Source: an uncultured archaeon
Lineage (GTDB): Archaea; Asgardarchaeota; Lokiarchaeia; Sigyniarchaeales; SOKP01
Direction of reading: 5' to 3'
DNA length: 51,969 nucleotides
NCBI GenBank assembly: GCA_964632315.1
Contig: CAZWEM010000032.1
Location: forward strand, 1-51,969
Positions 31,565 to 42,077 of the stretch are shown one piece after another. Within the stretch, counting starts at the first letter, position 1. Every line of letters begins with the position of its first letter. A model generated the notes under the pieces. The model ran no database searches. It saw only the letters and a list, made by a program, of their open reading frames with translations, and was not told where the DNA came from. The translations under genes and the position numbers were made by a program.

Positions 31565-33589
31565 TCAATTTTCCTTATCAATATATTCAAATTCTGATTC
31601 AAGATGGATATCAACGGATGAACTTCCTATCATGACTTTGAATTTTCCCTCTTCAATTTTCCATTCAGAACTGTTCTCATCGAAGAATGCTAAGTCTTCA
31701 GTTTTAATTTGAAATTTTACCTGGGTTTTCTCACTTGGCTCTAACTTTACTTTTCTAAATCCTTTTAATTCCTTTAAAGGCCGATTCACACTTGAGATTG
31801 GGTCACTTATATATAATTGCACTATTTCTGATCCTTCTACTGTCCCCGAATTAGTTAAATCTATTGAAACATCTAAAAGTCCATCTCTCATTAATTTCTC
31901 CTTATTTAATTTTATATTTTCATAAGTAAATTGCGTATAGGATAACCCATAGCCAAAGGGAAATAACGGCTCTATATGTTTTGTATCGAAATGTCGATAA
32001 CCTACAAAGATTCCCTCATCATAATAAACCTTTTCATCCCCCGGATATGTTTTTGTTGATTTATGAGCTGGCGAATCAGAAAGTTCTTTTGGAAAGGTTA
32101 TCGGAAGTTTTCCTGAAGGATTTACATCTCCAAAAATTACATCCGCAATTGCTCTTCCGCCTTCCATCCCTGCATACCAAGCCTGAATTACAGCGGGAAC
32201 TTTTTCAATCCAATCTACCATTGAAATTGGACTTCCACTAATTAGTACTACGATCGTATTTGGATTTTCTGTAACAGTCTTATTGATCAATTTGACTTGG
32301 TCAATAGGTAATTTAAAAGATTTTTTATCTACATGTTCAGCATCCATATATTCTTCGTGATTTAAACCAACAAATAGAATCGACACATCGGAATCAGATG
32401 GTGAATTTATAATTTTGACTTTATTTTTACACTTTTCTTTAAGACCTTCTAAAGCTGTTATTTCATAGGGAGGAAAGTTTTGTGAACTCCCTCCATTCAA
32501 GGAAGTTTTTAAGTCTTTATTTGGGCCTAAAACTGCTATATTTCTAATTTCACTTAACTTTATTGGTAACAGTTTATTCTCATTTTTGAGAAGTACAATC
32601 CCATTTTGAGCAATCTTTCGAGCTAACATTTGATGCTCAGGAGTATTCCTACTTCCTTTTGGTACTAATGATTTATCATCGAATAGACCAACCAAAAACA
32701 TTACTCTCAACAACCTTCTTACATTATCATTTAAGAACTTAAGATTATCTGGCTCTTCATCTAAAGCTTTTTCCATCTTTTTAATCTTATAAACATTTCG
32801 TGTAGGCATTTCAAGTGATAACCCAGCTTTTATACATCCCTCGGTAGCTGTAAAAGCAGTTGCATTCCAGTCTGATACTACAAAACCTCTAAACCCCCAT
32901 TTATTCATCAACGTTTCTCTTAATAGGTAATAATTCTCAGAACCATAAATCCCATTCAATTTATTGTAGCAACTCATAAATGACCACGCATCAGCATCCT
33001 GTACTGCCGCTTTAAAAGCAGGAAAATATATTTCTTCTAATGCTCTTTCACTTACTTCTGAACTTACTGTAAACCGATTTGTTTCTTGATTATTACAAGC
33101 AAAATGTTTCACACAAGCAGCAATTCTTTGGCTTTGAATGCCCTTTACAACTGCAACAACTAATTCTTTGTTTAAATAAGGATCTTCAGTTTGATACTCA
33201 AATGTTCTCCCACACATTGGAGTTCTCTGAATGTTAATCCCTGGAGCTAAAATCATGTGCGCTCCTAATTCTCTAACTTCCTCAGCGATTGCAATTCCAA
33301 ATTGCTCTGAAAGTTCTGGATCCCAAGTAGCCGCCCGACAAATCGCACTAGGGAAATAGGTACAAGGATTCTTACCTTCATAATCCGGTCGAACCCCGTG
33401 GGGGCCATCGTACATCGCAAATGAATCAATGCCCAATCTTTTAATTTTTCTTGTATACCACATTAATCTTCCGGAACTTAACTTAAATTTTTCTTCAAGA
33501 GTTAATCTACTAAATAAATCTTCTACTCTTTCTTCTAAGCTAAGATTTGAATTCATAAACGATAGCAATGCTCTGTCTTCTTTTTCCAT
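31565..33589 (-). CDS. GH3 beta-glucosidase/xylosidase with Fn3-like C-terminus
   Basis: DGPHGVR, GRTFEYQTEDP, KHFACN, nucleophile VSDW, NPSGKLPITFP, PFGYGLSYT. Confidence 0.95.
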   Translation of the reverse strand: MEKEDRALLSFMNSNLSLEERVEDLFSRLTLEEKFKLSSGRLMWYTRKIKRLGIDSFAMYDGPHGVRPDYEGKNPCTYFPSAICRAATWDPELSEQFGIAIAEEVRELGAHMILAPGINIQRTPMCGRTFEYQTEDPYLNKELVVAVVKGIQSQRIAACVKHFACNNQETNRFTVSSEVSERALEEIYFPAFKAAVQDADAWSFMSCYNKLNGIYGSENYYLLRETLMNKWGFRGFVVSDWNATAFTATEGCIKAGLSLEMPTRNVYKIKKMEKALDEEPDNLKFLNDNVRRLLRVMFLVGLFDDKSLVPKGSRNTPEHQMLARKIAQNGIVLLKNENKLLPIKLSEIRNIAVLGPNKDLKTSLNGGSSQNFPPYEITALEGLKEKCKNKVKIINSPSDSDVSILFVGLNHEEYMDAEHVDKKSFKLPIDQVKLINKTVTENPNTIVVLISGSPISMVDWIEKVPAVIQAWYAGMEGGRAIADVIFGDVNPSGKLPITFPKELSDSPAHKSTKTYPGDEKVYYDEGIFVGYRHFDTKHIEPLFPFGYGLSYTQFTYENIKLNKEKLMRDGLLDVSIDLTNSGTVEGSEIVQLYISDPISSVNRPLKELKGFRKVKLEPSEKTQVKFQIKTEDLAFFDENSSEWKIEEGKFKVMIGSSSVDIHLESEFEYIDKEN

Positions 33590-33658
33590 AATCCTAATCT
33601 CTAAATATTAATAAATTAAGTAATGTAAAATAGAAAAAAAAAATTTGGATTTGGTTCC

Positions 33659-35041
33659 TTAAAGGTTCATTTCTTCGAGTTTTAACTTATTTTCAATGGA
33701 TTCTTCTTTTGATATCCTGTACATGAATAAAAATGCTATTGTTCCAATCAAAGTGATTATCATAGGAATTATTGACATCTGAAATAACAATCCATTTTTC
33801 GCTAAATCAGTGTTATTTACACCAAGTAAGGGATCATAACCAGTAAACCCCGAAACCACGGCAAAAATGATGGTTTGCAAAAAATATGAAAATGCTGTGA
33901 AAATTTTTAGGATCCCAGAATAACTTCCTTCTTCTCTTTTTCCTGAATTAACAGCAGCATTGTCTATTCCTTCCGCTCTTAACAAACCAAATACGACACC
34001 AGATGTGGCACTGAAGCCAATACCCGCCAAAGCGAAAACTAAGGTTAAATTCGTTAAATTATTGATAAAAAAAAGTACTAAATAAGCAATTATATTAATA
34101 AACATGCCAATTATATATGCAATACGCGATCCAATTTTATTTGCAATCCATGTCCATAAAGGAGCAAGGAGGAACCCAACTCCATTTACCATTAATAAGG
34201 GCAAACTAGTACTAGCGATATCTAAACCCAATGAATGTTGGACATAGAAATTTAATCCATATAAAAAACACGCTCCTGCAACTGACCAAGCGAATCCAGC
34301 TATTGTAAGACCCATCCAATTTCGATCTTTAAAAACTCTTACCACAACCTCTTTTATGGGTGAAGATGCCCTGTTTGTGTTGTCTAATTCAGTTCTAAAT
34401 CGCTTCATAGTTGAAGATTCACGAACTGCTAAGATAAATGGTATAGCAAATATATAAGCGAAAATCACGACCAAAATCACGGTCCAGAAATAACCAATTC
34501 CGGTTATAAACCTTGGAATTAAAAAATTTGCAAAAATACTTCCAATTCCCCCTAATATAGCACCGATAAAAAGTACTCTGCTTCTATGTAGATCCAGCCG
34601 AAATAGGTCTGGGAATAATGCCATTTGATTAATCTCCACGCTTGTTAAAAAGGTTTCATACACTGCCATTGTTACCATCAACCATATAATAGAAGTAATT
34701 AAGATTGTTGAAACTTGTATGAAGCATAAAATCAGTAGAACTGGACCTATAGCTAAACCAGCAATGATCCAAGGAAATCTTTTACCATATTTGGAAGTAA
34801 ATTTTTTCGACTTATCTGCTAAATATCCAATTATAGGATCATTTAATCCATCTACTATTGAATATACAAGATATATCAATGATATTGCAATTGGGGGTAT
34901 AGCGAGAATAGTTGCTGCATAATATTGAATTTGACCCCACATTGCGAATAATATACCCGTACTAATACCTCCGAGAGAGTAAAATATTATTCTCTTTATT
35001 GTAATCTCATCAGAAAATTTCATCTTTAACTTTTCAGACAT
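33659..35041 (-). CDS. MFS glycoside-pentoside-hexuronide (GPH/MelB-like) transporter
   Basis: DGLNDPIIGYLAD, YGKRFPW, GKREEGSYSG; about 12 TM. Confidence 0.88.
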   Translation of the reverse strand: MSEKLKMKFSDEITIKRIIFYSLGGISTGILFAMWGQIQYYAATILAIPPIAISLIYLVYSIVDGLNDPIIGYLADKSKKFTSKYGKRFPWIIAGLAIGPVLLILCFIQVSTILITSIIWLMVTMAVYETFLTSVEINQMALFPDLFRLDLHRSRVLFIGAILGGIGSIFANFLIPRFITGIGYFWTVILVVIFAYIFAIPFILAVRESSTMKRFRTELDNTNRASSPIKEVVVRVFKDRNWMGLTIAGFAWSVAGACFLYGLNFYVQHSLGLDIASTSLPLLMVNGVGFLLAPLWTWIANKIGSRIAYIIGMFINIIAYLVLFFINNLTNLTLVFALAGIGFSATSGVVFGLLRAEGIDNAAVNSGKREEGSYSGILKIFTAFSYFLQTIIFAVVSGFTGYDPLLGVNNTDLAKNGLLFQMSIIPMIITLIGTIAFLFMYRISKEESIENKLKLEEMNL

Positions 35042-35220
35042 GATTCAATCATTTTTTATGAATTGATGATAAAATTTGTGTTATTTTGCTATTTATAGAT
35101 TTAACAATAAGATATCTTTTTATGAGTTTTACTATTCTAACATTTAATATTATACATAGTGGGATATTGTTTAATAACAAACATAAATAATAACGTATCA
35201 TAACTTATTCGAGGATATAA

Positions 35221-35961
35221 ATGACTCTTTTATCAGATTTATTTCTTGTGTTAATTACATACATATATGTGTTCGCAACGATACTCATTCCAGTTTTTCT
35301 TAGAAAAAAGGAAAAAATCTCTAAGTTTCAAGCACGAAAGGTGGTACATCTTTTTGCGGGTCTTAGTGTATTGACAACTCCATATTTTGATTGGTCGTGG
35401 TGGGCTGTAATAATTGCTGGGTCACTTACTGTTTTGGTTTATATGAGCTCAAAAAAATCAAAAGTTAAGCAATTAAAGGAATTATATGAGTCTATTGGTG
35501 AAGAAGCTGAAGAAAAAGTTGGTTATCTTCAAGGACCATTCCATTATTGTATTTCAATCACAGTGTTAGTGTTAGTATTTGTAATTTTCGCACCAGGTCA
35601 AATGTATTTTCCTATCGCAGGCATTCTTTTGATGATAATATCTGACACATTAGCTTCAGTAATTGGAAAAAGATATGGAAGACATCACATAAAAATACCA
35701 TGGATTAAAGGAATTAGATCAATTGAAGGCTCTTTGGCTTTCTTTATAAGTGGATATATTTTATGCTTATTTGCTTTTACTCTTCTAGGAGTAACCAATC
35801 CCCTTACTCAAACACATATTGGCTTGTTGGATGCATTAATTTATTCTTTAATTGCAAGTGCTTTAGCCACTTTTATCGAGATTTTCTCACCGAGTACATG
35901 GGATGATTTAACTGTTCCAATTCTGACAACAATCATAATATTCCTCTTAACGCTTATTTAG
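35221..35961 (+). CDS. Polyprenol kinase (dolichol/phytol kinase, CTP-transferase fold)
   Basis: ARKVVHL, DTLASVIGKRYG, RSIEGS, DDLTVP. Confidence 0.85.
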   Translation: MTLLSDLFLVLITYIYVFATILIPVFLRKKEKISKFQARKVVHLFAGLSVLTTPYFDWSWWAVIIAGSLTVLVYMSSKKSKVKQLKELYESIGEEAEEKVGYLQGPFHYCISITVLVLVFVIFAPGQMYFPIAGILLMIISDTLASVIGKRYGRHHIKIPWIKGIRSIEGSLAFFISGYILCLFAFTLLGVTNPLTQTHIGLLDALIYSLIASALATFIEIFSPSTWDDLTVPILTTIIIFLLTLI

Positions 35962-36020
35962 TTCTTTATATCAATTATTTTTATTTAATTAATGATTTAA
36001 TTTAAAAAATCACGACTCTG

Positions 36021-37418
36021 ATGACCAATATGGGAGAATTAGACAAAATTTATGATTTAATTGTTGTAGGTGCAGGTACAGGGGGAACTACAGCAGCCCG
36101 ATTTGCAGCAAAAAATGGGTTAAGCGTTTGTTTAGTTGAAAGGAAACCAAGAGAGAAGGTGGGAAATAAAATCTGTGGTGATGCTGTTGGTACAGAGATT
36201 TTTGATTTTCTTCACATAAATCCTCCTGTTAATGAAGAATTATCTTGTCATATCAAAGGTGCAAAAGTATATTCTCCTAATCTAAAGAAATGCATAAATT
36301 TATTGGATCCAAAACAAGCAGGATACATAGTAAATCGAATTGAATTCGGTCAGCGATTATTAAATGAAGCTCTTGATCATGGAGTTGATACTTTTTTAGA
36401 TAGTACTATCGCCTTAAATCTCATTTATAATAAAAAAAATGTTTCAGGTATTAAAGTTAGATTAGCAAATGGAGAAAAGAAGGAACTTTCAGCAAAATTA
36501 ATTGTCGATGCTTCTGGTTTCTATACTCCATTGAGAAAAACAATAAATAGCCCAATTATTGAAAAAGAAATTCCTAAAGAAGATAGCATATTATGTTATC
36601 GAGAAATAGTGTCTTTTCCCCAGAAAGATCAAAAAGTGCAAGATCCTGAGTATATCACGATAATTTTGGATAAAGAAAGAGCTCCGGGAGGTTATATTTG
36701 GTATTTTCCGAGAAATGAACAATCTTTTAATATCGGATTAGGAGTTTTTATGAATTATAAAGGAAAAGTTAAAAATTTTTACCAAAAAAATGTATTCAAT
36801 GAATTTGTAACTACTCCGAATTATAAAATATTATCTTCAGGAGGTGGAGTCGTGCCTGTAAGAAGGCCTCTCTGGTCATGTGCGGATAATGGAATAATGT
36901 TTGTTGGGGATGCAGCTTGTCAAGTTAATCCTTTACATGGAGGTGGAATAGATCCTTCAATGAGAGGGGGATTTTATGCTGCTGATGTAGCTCAAAAGGC
37001 AATTGAGACAGATGATTATTCTATTAATACATTATGGTCATATAACGTATTTGTTATGACAACATTTGGAGCAGAGTTTGCTTCTTTAGATTTATTAAGG
37101 CGAGTACTCCAGGTTCTTGATAATAGCGAGCTTGATTTTGGATTAGGACAAGACCTATTGACTGGAAATGAAATTTTAGAAATTTCTTCAACAGGAAATC
37201 TAAATTTATCCTTATTTGATATGACAATTAAAGCATTTAAAGGGATATCAAACCCACAATTATTATTAGATTTAAATTATCTTAGAATTAGAATGAAAGA
37301 AATTTCTACTTTATATAAAAAGTTTCCCTCCGATATTAATGATTTTCAAAAATGGCAACATAACGTTATCCAAGTTTATGATAAAGTAGAAAAAATGTTA
37401 ATAAAGAGCAAAAAGTAA
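36021..37418 (+). CDS. Geranylgeranyl (DGGGPL) reductase
   Basis: FAD motif GAGTGG, PGGYIWYFP, VGDAACQVNPLHGGGI. Confidence 0.9.
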   Translation: MTNMGELDKIYDLIVVGAGTGGTTAARFAAKNGLSVCLVERKPREKVGNKICGDAVGTEIFDFLHINPPVNEELSCHIKGAKVYSPNLKKCINLLDPKQAGYIVNRIEFGQRLLNEALDHGVDTFLDSTIALNLIYNKKNVSGIKVRLANGEKKELSAKLIVDASGFYTPLRKTINSPIIEKEIPKEDSILCYREIVSFPQKDQKVQDPEYITIILDKERAPGGYIWYFPRNEQSFNIGLGVFMNYKGKVKNFYQKNVFNEFVTTPNYKILSSGGGVVPVRRPLWSCADNGIMFVGDAACQVNPLHGGGIDPSMRGGFYAADVAQKAIETDDYSINTLWSYNVFVMTTFGAEFASLDLLRRVLQVLDNSELDFGLGQDLLTGNEILEISSTGNLNLSLFDMTIKAFKGISNPQLLLDLNYLRIRMKEISTLYKKFPSDINDFQKWQHNVIQVYDKVEKMLIKSKK

Positions 37419-37444
37419 TTTAATTATATTCAAGTGAATACAGA

Positions 37445-38266
37445 ATGGTAGATATTTTGGTCAATAAACCGATTAAATCTAAAAGTACCTATGAGTATAT
37501 CATAAATAAGATTAATCAAGAAGGAGCACTACAATTCTCTCTCATTGATCCAGATCCAATCAAACAAAACACAAAAGCTGCAGCAAAGATGGCAAGGTAT
37601 GCAGAACAAGCGGGTTCTGATGCGATATTAATTGGAGGAAGTACCGTTTTTGATCAAAGATTTGTAGACGAAACTATAATAGCCATTAAAGAAAAAGTTG
37701 AAATCCCTGTAATTATCTTTCCTGGTGGAATTTCTAATGTGTCCAGAGAAGCCGATGCTATTTTATTCATGTCATTGTTAAATTCAGAGGATCCTTATTT
37801 TATCATAGGGCAACAAGCATTAGCAAGTTATACAGTAAAAATGGCTGGGTTGGAACCAATTTCTACAGGTTATCTTATTATAGAACCTGGTGCAACCGCT
37901 GGATGGATTGGAAAGGCGAAACTATTACCAAGAACAAAACCTAAGTTAACAGCAGCATATTCTTTAGCTGCTGAAATGATTGGTTATAAACTAATTTATT
38001 TAGAAGCAGGATCTGGCAGTGAATGCATCCCATGTGAAACTATTAAATTATGTTCTAATTTTGTAAACATACCAGTGATTGCTGGCGGAGGAGTAAATTC
38101 AAAGGAGAGTGCTCATGAATTCGTTAAGGCTGGAGCTGATATTATTGTTATGGGATCTTTTTTGGAAAATAAGATATTGAAAGATAAAGGTGCATCTTTA
38201 AAAGCTATTATTGATGTAATAAAAGAGACGGGAATAGACTGTAAAAAAGAATATTGTCTAAAATAA
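37445..38266 (+). CDS. Geranylgeranylglyceryl phosphate (GGGP) synthase
   Basis: SLIDPD, ILIGGST, FMSLLNS, GYLIIEPG, YLEAGSG, GGGV. Confidence 0.92.
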   Translation: MVDILVNKPIKSKSTYEYIINKINQEGALQFSLIDPDPIKQNTKAAAKMARYAEQAGSDAILIGGSTVFDQRFVDETIIAIKEKVEIPVIIFPGGISNVSREADAILFMSLLNSEDPYFIIGQQALASYTVKMAGLEPISTGYLIIEPGATAGWIGKAKLLPRTKPKLTAAYSLAAEMIGYKLIYLEAGSGSECIPCETIKLCSNFVNIPVIAGGGVNSKESAHEFVKAGADIIVMGSFLENKILKDKGASLKAIIDVIKETGIDCKKEYCLK

Positions 38267-38284
38267 TACCTTGTTGATTTTATT

Positions 38285-39157
38285 ATGAATTTGAAGGATT
38301 CGATTGAAATATTACGCCCTATTAATTGTCTTATGGGTGCGTTAACGATTTTAATTGGATTATTAAATACAAGAACAGATATTCCGTTCAATATCCTTTT
38401 AATAAATATAATTCTTGGAGTTTTAACTTACTTTTTTCTCGCTGGTGCTGGAATGGTCATAAATGATTATTATGATTATGAAATTGATAAAATTAATAGA
38501 CCTCAACGTCCCATCCCAAGAGGCTCAATCACTTTAACTCAAGCAAAACTATTGTACATCATTTATATATCGATAGGAATTGCAATAAGTATTTTTAACG
38601 TTCTAATTTTTAACTTAAGTTTTTTCATTGTTATCATTGCTGTCATTTTTGGTTTAATGGGATTACTATATGCAAAATGGGGTAAAAGGAGTGGATTTTT
38701 AGGAAATATTATTGTAAGTATCTCCTTTTCAATTGGGATGATCTATGGTGCTTTACTGAATAGGTCCTATGTCCCAATTTATATATTTTCATTTTTCTTA
38801 ACATCTTTCTTTTTACTCCTATCACGTGAAGTGATTAAAGGTTGTGAAGATATAGAAGGAGACAAAAAAGAGGGTGTTAAAACATTAGCAATTCGTATAG
38901 GCATTAAAAAATCAACCAATTTCGCAATAATTTTTGCAACAATTGCGATAGTATTTTATGTTTTTTCTTTCTTCTCAAACTTAATAAATCCATTTCTCTA
39001 TTTCATTTTTATGATATTAGGAATCTTGATAGTTGCTTCAAGTATTTTTCTTATGATTCGATCAAATCTTGATAAAAAAGATTTTCGAATTATTAGCTTA
39101 TTGCTTAAAATTGGAGCATTTTTAGGCTTACTCACATTTCTTATGGCTAGCATATGA
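38285..39157 (+). CDS. Digeranylgeranylglyceryl phosphate (DGGGP) synthase, UbiA family
   Basis: RPINC, NDYYDYEIDKINRPQRPIPRG, REVIKGCEDIEGD. Confidence 0.92.
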   Translation: MNLKDSIEILRPINCLMGALTILIGLLNTRTDIPFNILLINIILGVLTYFFLAGAGMVINDYYDYEIDKINRPQRPIPRGSITLTQAKLLYIIYISIGIAISIFNVLIFNLSFFIVIIAVIFGLMGLLYAKWGKRSGFLGNIIVSISFSIGMIYGALLNRSYVPIYIFSFFLTSFFLLLSREVIKGCEDIEGDKKEGVKTLAIRIGIKKSTNFAIIFATIAIVFYVFSFFSNLINPFLYFIFMILGILIVASSIFLMIRSNLDKKDFRIISLLLKIGAFLGLLTFLMASI

Positions 39158-39160
39158 AAT

Positions 39161-40609
39161 TTATATTGATTTCAATATTTCAAGTATTTCTTCCTCTTTT
39201 GCTTCTTGTATAAGGCTTTTAAGTTTAGTATATGCCTCGTTTGAGAGATCATAAGGAAATGTTTGAATAATACCTTTGATTTGAATTAATCCTAAGTATT
39301 TTCTCGTATAACTAGCATTTGAATATTTATAGGTGGTCAAAAATTCACTATCTAATTTTTTCCTGTAGTAATTTAACATTAAGTTAACGTAATTTTTCAG
39401 CACTTTAAGGATATTAGCAGGAAGTTGAGGTGTTAAAAATATCTGAATAGGATGAGTACGATAAGTATTTCCTGAAACTAATATGCCCTCAACTAAAAAG
39501 TCTTCCATTATTATCCCTAAACCTGCTTTTCCATCATCAGATCCTGTATCGACAGTCCTAACATATAAGAAGTTGGATTTTACTTTGGAGGCTAAAGCAT
39601 TGTTAACTTGTATAGTGGTTCGAGTATAACTGTTATTATTGTACTCATTTGCATCAATTACATTAAGTATAAATTCACCGTGATTCCTTACAATGTCCTC
39701 TTTTTTAAGGTAAAAATTAACTTCTAATGCTTTTTTTCTTCTATACTTCTCAATAAATTCATTGAATTCAGAACCAGAGCGATATTTATACTTGGGTTTT
39801 AATTTATACTCCCTTTCAACAACTAGATCTTTTTTCTTTAATTTTATTCCATTAAAAATTTGTACTTCTTGACGAGGAAATTTTTTTCTAATAAAATGAC
39901 CAACGCAGATATTGGTTCCTGTAAATTCGAAGACTTTGAGTTCAAAAACAATTACCTTTAAAATCTGATAATATTTCAGAAAATCAAGACGGAACTTATT
40001 TGAAACAGAAGATCCAAAAAGAAAGTTAGAGGGGATAATATAAATTAGATTCTCCACTTCATTCCTCAAATCATTCATCATCGCGATTTGGTAAAGATCT
40101 TGATAACCTTCATTTTCATCCTTAAAATATTTAAAGTATGATTTTGTTTCTACATGTTTCTTGATATAACCGAGGTATAGATATGGAGGATTTGTTATGT
40201 GGTAAATTGGAAAACGTTTTGTTAATAAAAATGAAGGAAAATTGAGAAGGTTATCACGTAGCAAAATATTTTTTTCTGCAACTTTCTCAGGTATACCATA
40301 TAAACCAGCATTATAGATGCTACGCTTGACCATTTCTTCTTGAACATCAAAAAGGTAAATATGCTTCTCAAAAAATTCAATCTTTTGATCTTCTTTGATC
40401 GATCTTAATATTGGTAAAATTAAATTACCTTCACCAGCGAATAAATCGACCCAAATAAATTTATTTAGTTTATCTTTGATTTCTGGGAAAATATATATTT
40501 TAAAGAGTTCCTTTGAAGTTAAATGGATTCCATATTTCCTTCTAATGTTATTTTCCTTTTTTCTCGCTTCATCCATATCCATATTTACATTATATTGTAT
40601 TCTCTTCAA
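39161..40609 (-). CDS. Amino (N6A/N4C) DNA methyltransferase, orphan
   Basis: Motif I VDLFAGEG, motif IV ITNPPY, IIPSNFL; exact start uncertain. Confidence 0.8.
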   Translation of the reverse strand: MKRIQYNVNMDMDEARKKENNIRRKYGIHLTSKELFKIYIFPEIKDKLNKFIWVDLFAGEGNLILPILRSIKEDQKIEFFEKHIYLFDVQEEMVKRSIYNAGLYGIPEKVAEKNILLRDNLLNFPSFLLTKRFPIYHITNPPYLYLGYIKKHVETKSYFKYFKDENEGYQDLYQIAMMNDLRNEVENLIYIIPSNFLFGSSVSNKFRLDFLKYYQILKVIVFELKVFEFTGTNICVGHFIRKKFPRQEVQIFNGIKLKKKDLVVEREYKLKPKYKYRSGSEFNEFIEKYRRKKALEVNFYLKKEDIVRNHGEFILNVIDANEYNNNSYTRTTIQVNNALASKVKSNFLYVRTVDTGSDDGKAGLGIIMEDFLVEGILVSGNTYRTHPIQIFLTPQLPANILKVLKNYVNLMLNYYRKKLDSEFLTTYKYSNASYTRKYLGLIQIKGIIQTFPYDLSNEAYTKLKSLIQEAKEEEILEILKSI

Positions 40610-40704
40610 ATTTAAGCATTCTGATTAATCTCATGAAAAAACGGACTCCATTTTTTTTATATCTAATTGAGAATTAATTTAACTAAATAAATTGCTTAGG
40701 AAAG

Positions 40705-41997
40705 TTGAAAAAAATGAGTATAACAGAAAACACTCAAATAAAAACCTATTTAAATCTAGTACGTAAAAAATTACCCGAGTGGCTTAAGTGGAGATCTGAT
40801 GAAGTAAAGAAGATTTTGGATGATTTAGAATTTCAAATCATGAATCAAGCTCAAATCATTGCTGGCGGGAATGAACCTTCTGATTCAGATATTCAAAAAG
40901 CCATAGAACAAATGGGTAGCCCAGAAAGTATAGCAAGACCTTATAAAAATCGAGGTACACCTAAATTTTATTTAACCCAAGAATTGTTTGAGTTTTATCT
41001 AAGAACCCTGTTTGTCTTTTTAGGAATAATTATCCTCATCAATATTATAATCGCTGTCTTTAAATTTGTAGCTGCCATAATTGTCCCTTCTATTTCTATA
41101 TGGGAAGCATTAGGTAGCATGTTTGGAGGGATTTGGATTGGATGCTTAATTGCAGCTGTTGTAATTACAATTGTGTTTGTATATTTTTCGATGGAAGGTT
41201 TCCTCCCAGAAGACTTTGGAACAATTCCTCGAAGATTAGCATTAATCTTTCCATTTAACCTTTCAGAGGAGCAAATGGAAGAAAACAGGTTGTATACCCA
41301 GCAAAAACTTGAGGAAGCTCGAATCCTACGTGAACAAAGACTCTCAGAAGCAAAAGCTACCAGAGCAGAAATGGCAACGGAAGCTAGAATTATTCGGGAA
41401 TCCAAGATGGCCGAAGCAACTCTGAAAGCAAGAGAAAAAATTTCAGAAGCAAAAAAGAAAATATCTGAAGCAAAAGAACTTGCAAAATTGAAAGCTGAAG
41501 AAGCTAAAGCAATTAAAAAACTTAAAAAGAAAGAACCCGTAAGTGTCGGGGATTTAGTATTTGGAGCTACTGCAGGGATAATTTTTGGATTATTCTTAAT
41601 AATACAACCATTCATAGATTTAGCTGGTGTGATTTTTGATCCTATTTTCCTTGATTGGTTGAAGCTATTCGGTCTATTGATTTTCATTAGTGGGTTATTC
41701 AGTCTTATACGTCTTGCAATTGGGGTGAGAAATCATACTGGGCAACAAGTAATGCTCATAATTTTAGCGATTTATAACATTGCCTATATTCCAATGTTCC
41801 TCTATCTATTGAATAATCCTCAAATTTTCCCCATATCATTAATTACGGGAGGATATGTTACTGACCTTACTGTAGGAACGGTTGCTTACACCATATATTT
41901 CTGGGTTCTTATATTGATCGTAATTGGTCAAATAATAGATATAATTGACAAATTCTATAAAGTAAGCAAACTCCAGAAGATTAAAAAAGAATATTAA
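40705..41997 (+). CDS. HAAS-like N-terminal domain membrane protein with internal 11-residue repeats
   Basis: YLNLVRKKLP...ILDDLE...AIEQMGSPESIA HAAS pattern; paralogous to 44895-45923 (SMEGF/YxPEDF). Confidence 0.75.
   Translation: MKKMSITENTQIKTYLNLVRKKLPEWLKWRSDEVKKILDDLEFQIMNQAQIIAGGNEPSDSDIQKAIEQMGSPESIARPYKNRGTPKFYLTQELFEFYLRTLFVFLGIIILINIIIAVFKFVAAIIVPSISIWEALGSMFGGIWIGCLIAAVVITIVFVYFSMEGFLPEDFGTIPRRLALIFPFNLSEEQMEENRLYTQQKLEEARILREQRLSEAKATRAEMATEARIIRESKMAEATLKAREKISEAKKKISEAKELAKLKAEEAKAIKKLKKKEPVSVGDLVFGATAGIIFGLFLIIQPFIDLAGVIFDPIFLDWLKLFGLLIFISGLFSLIRLAIGVRNHTGQQVMLIILAIYNIAYIPMFLYLLNNPQIFPISLITGGYVTDLTVGTVAYTIYFWVLILIVIGQIIDIIDKFYKVSKLQKIKKEY
41299..41520 (+). repeat. Intragenic degenerate 33/66-nt (11/22-aa) tandem repeat
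   Basis: QQKLEEARILR/EQRLSEAKATR/AEMATEARIIR/ESKMAEATLKA; gaagctcgaatcctacgtgaa and gaagctagaattattcgggaa lie 66 nt apart. Confidence 0.7.
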
Positions 41998-42077
41998 ATC
42001 TTTATTTATTTTTTTTCTTTCTATTTTTTATCTATATTTTTTACTAAAATCGCATATTTAGATATAGGCTTTTAAAA

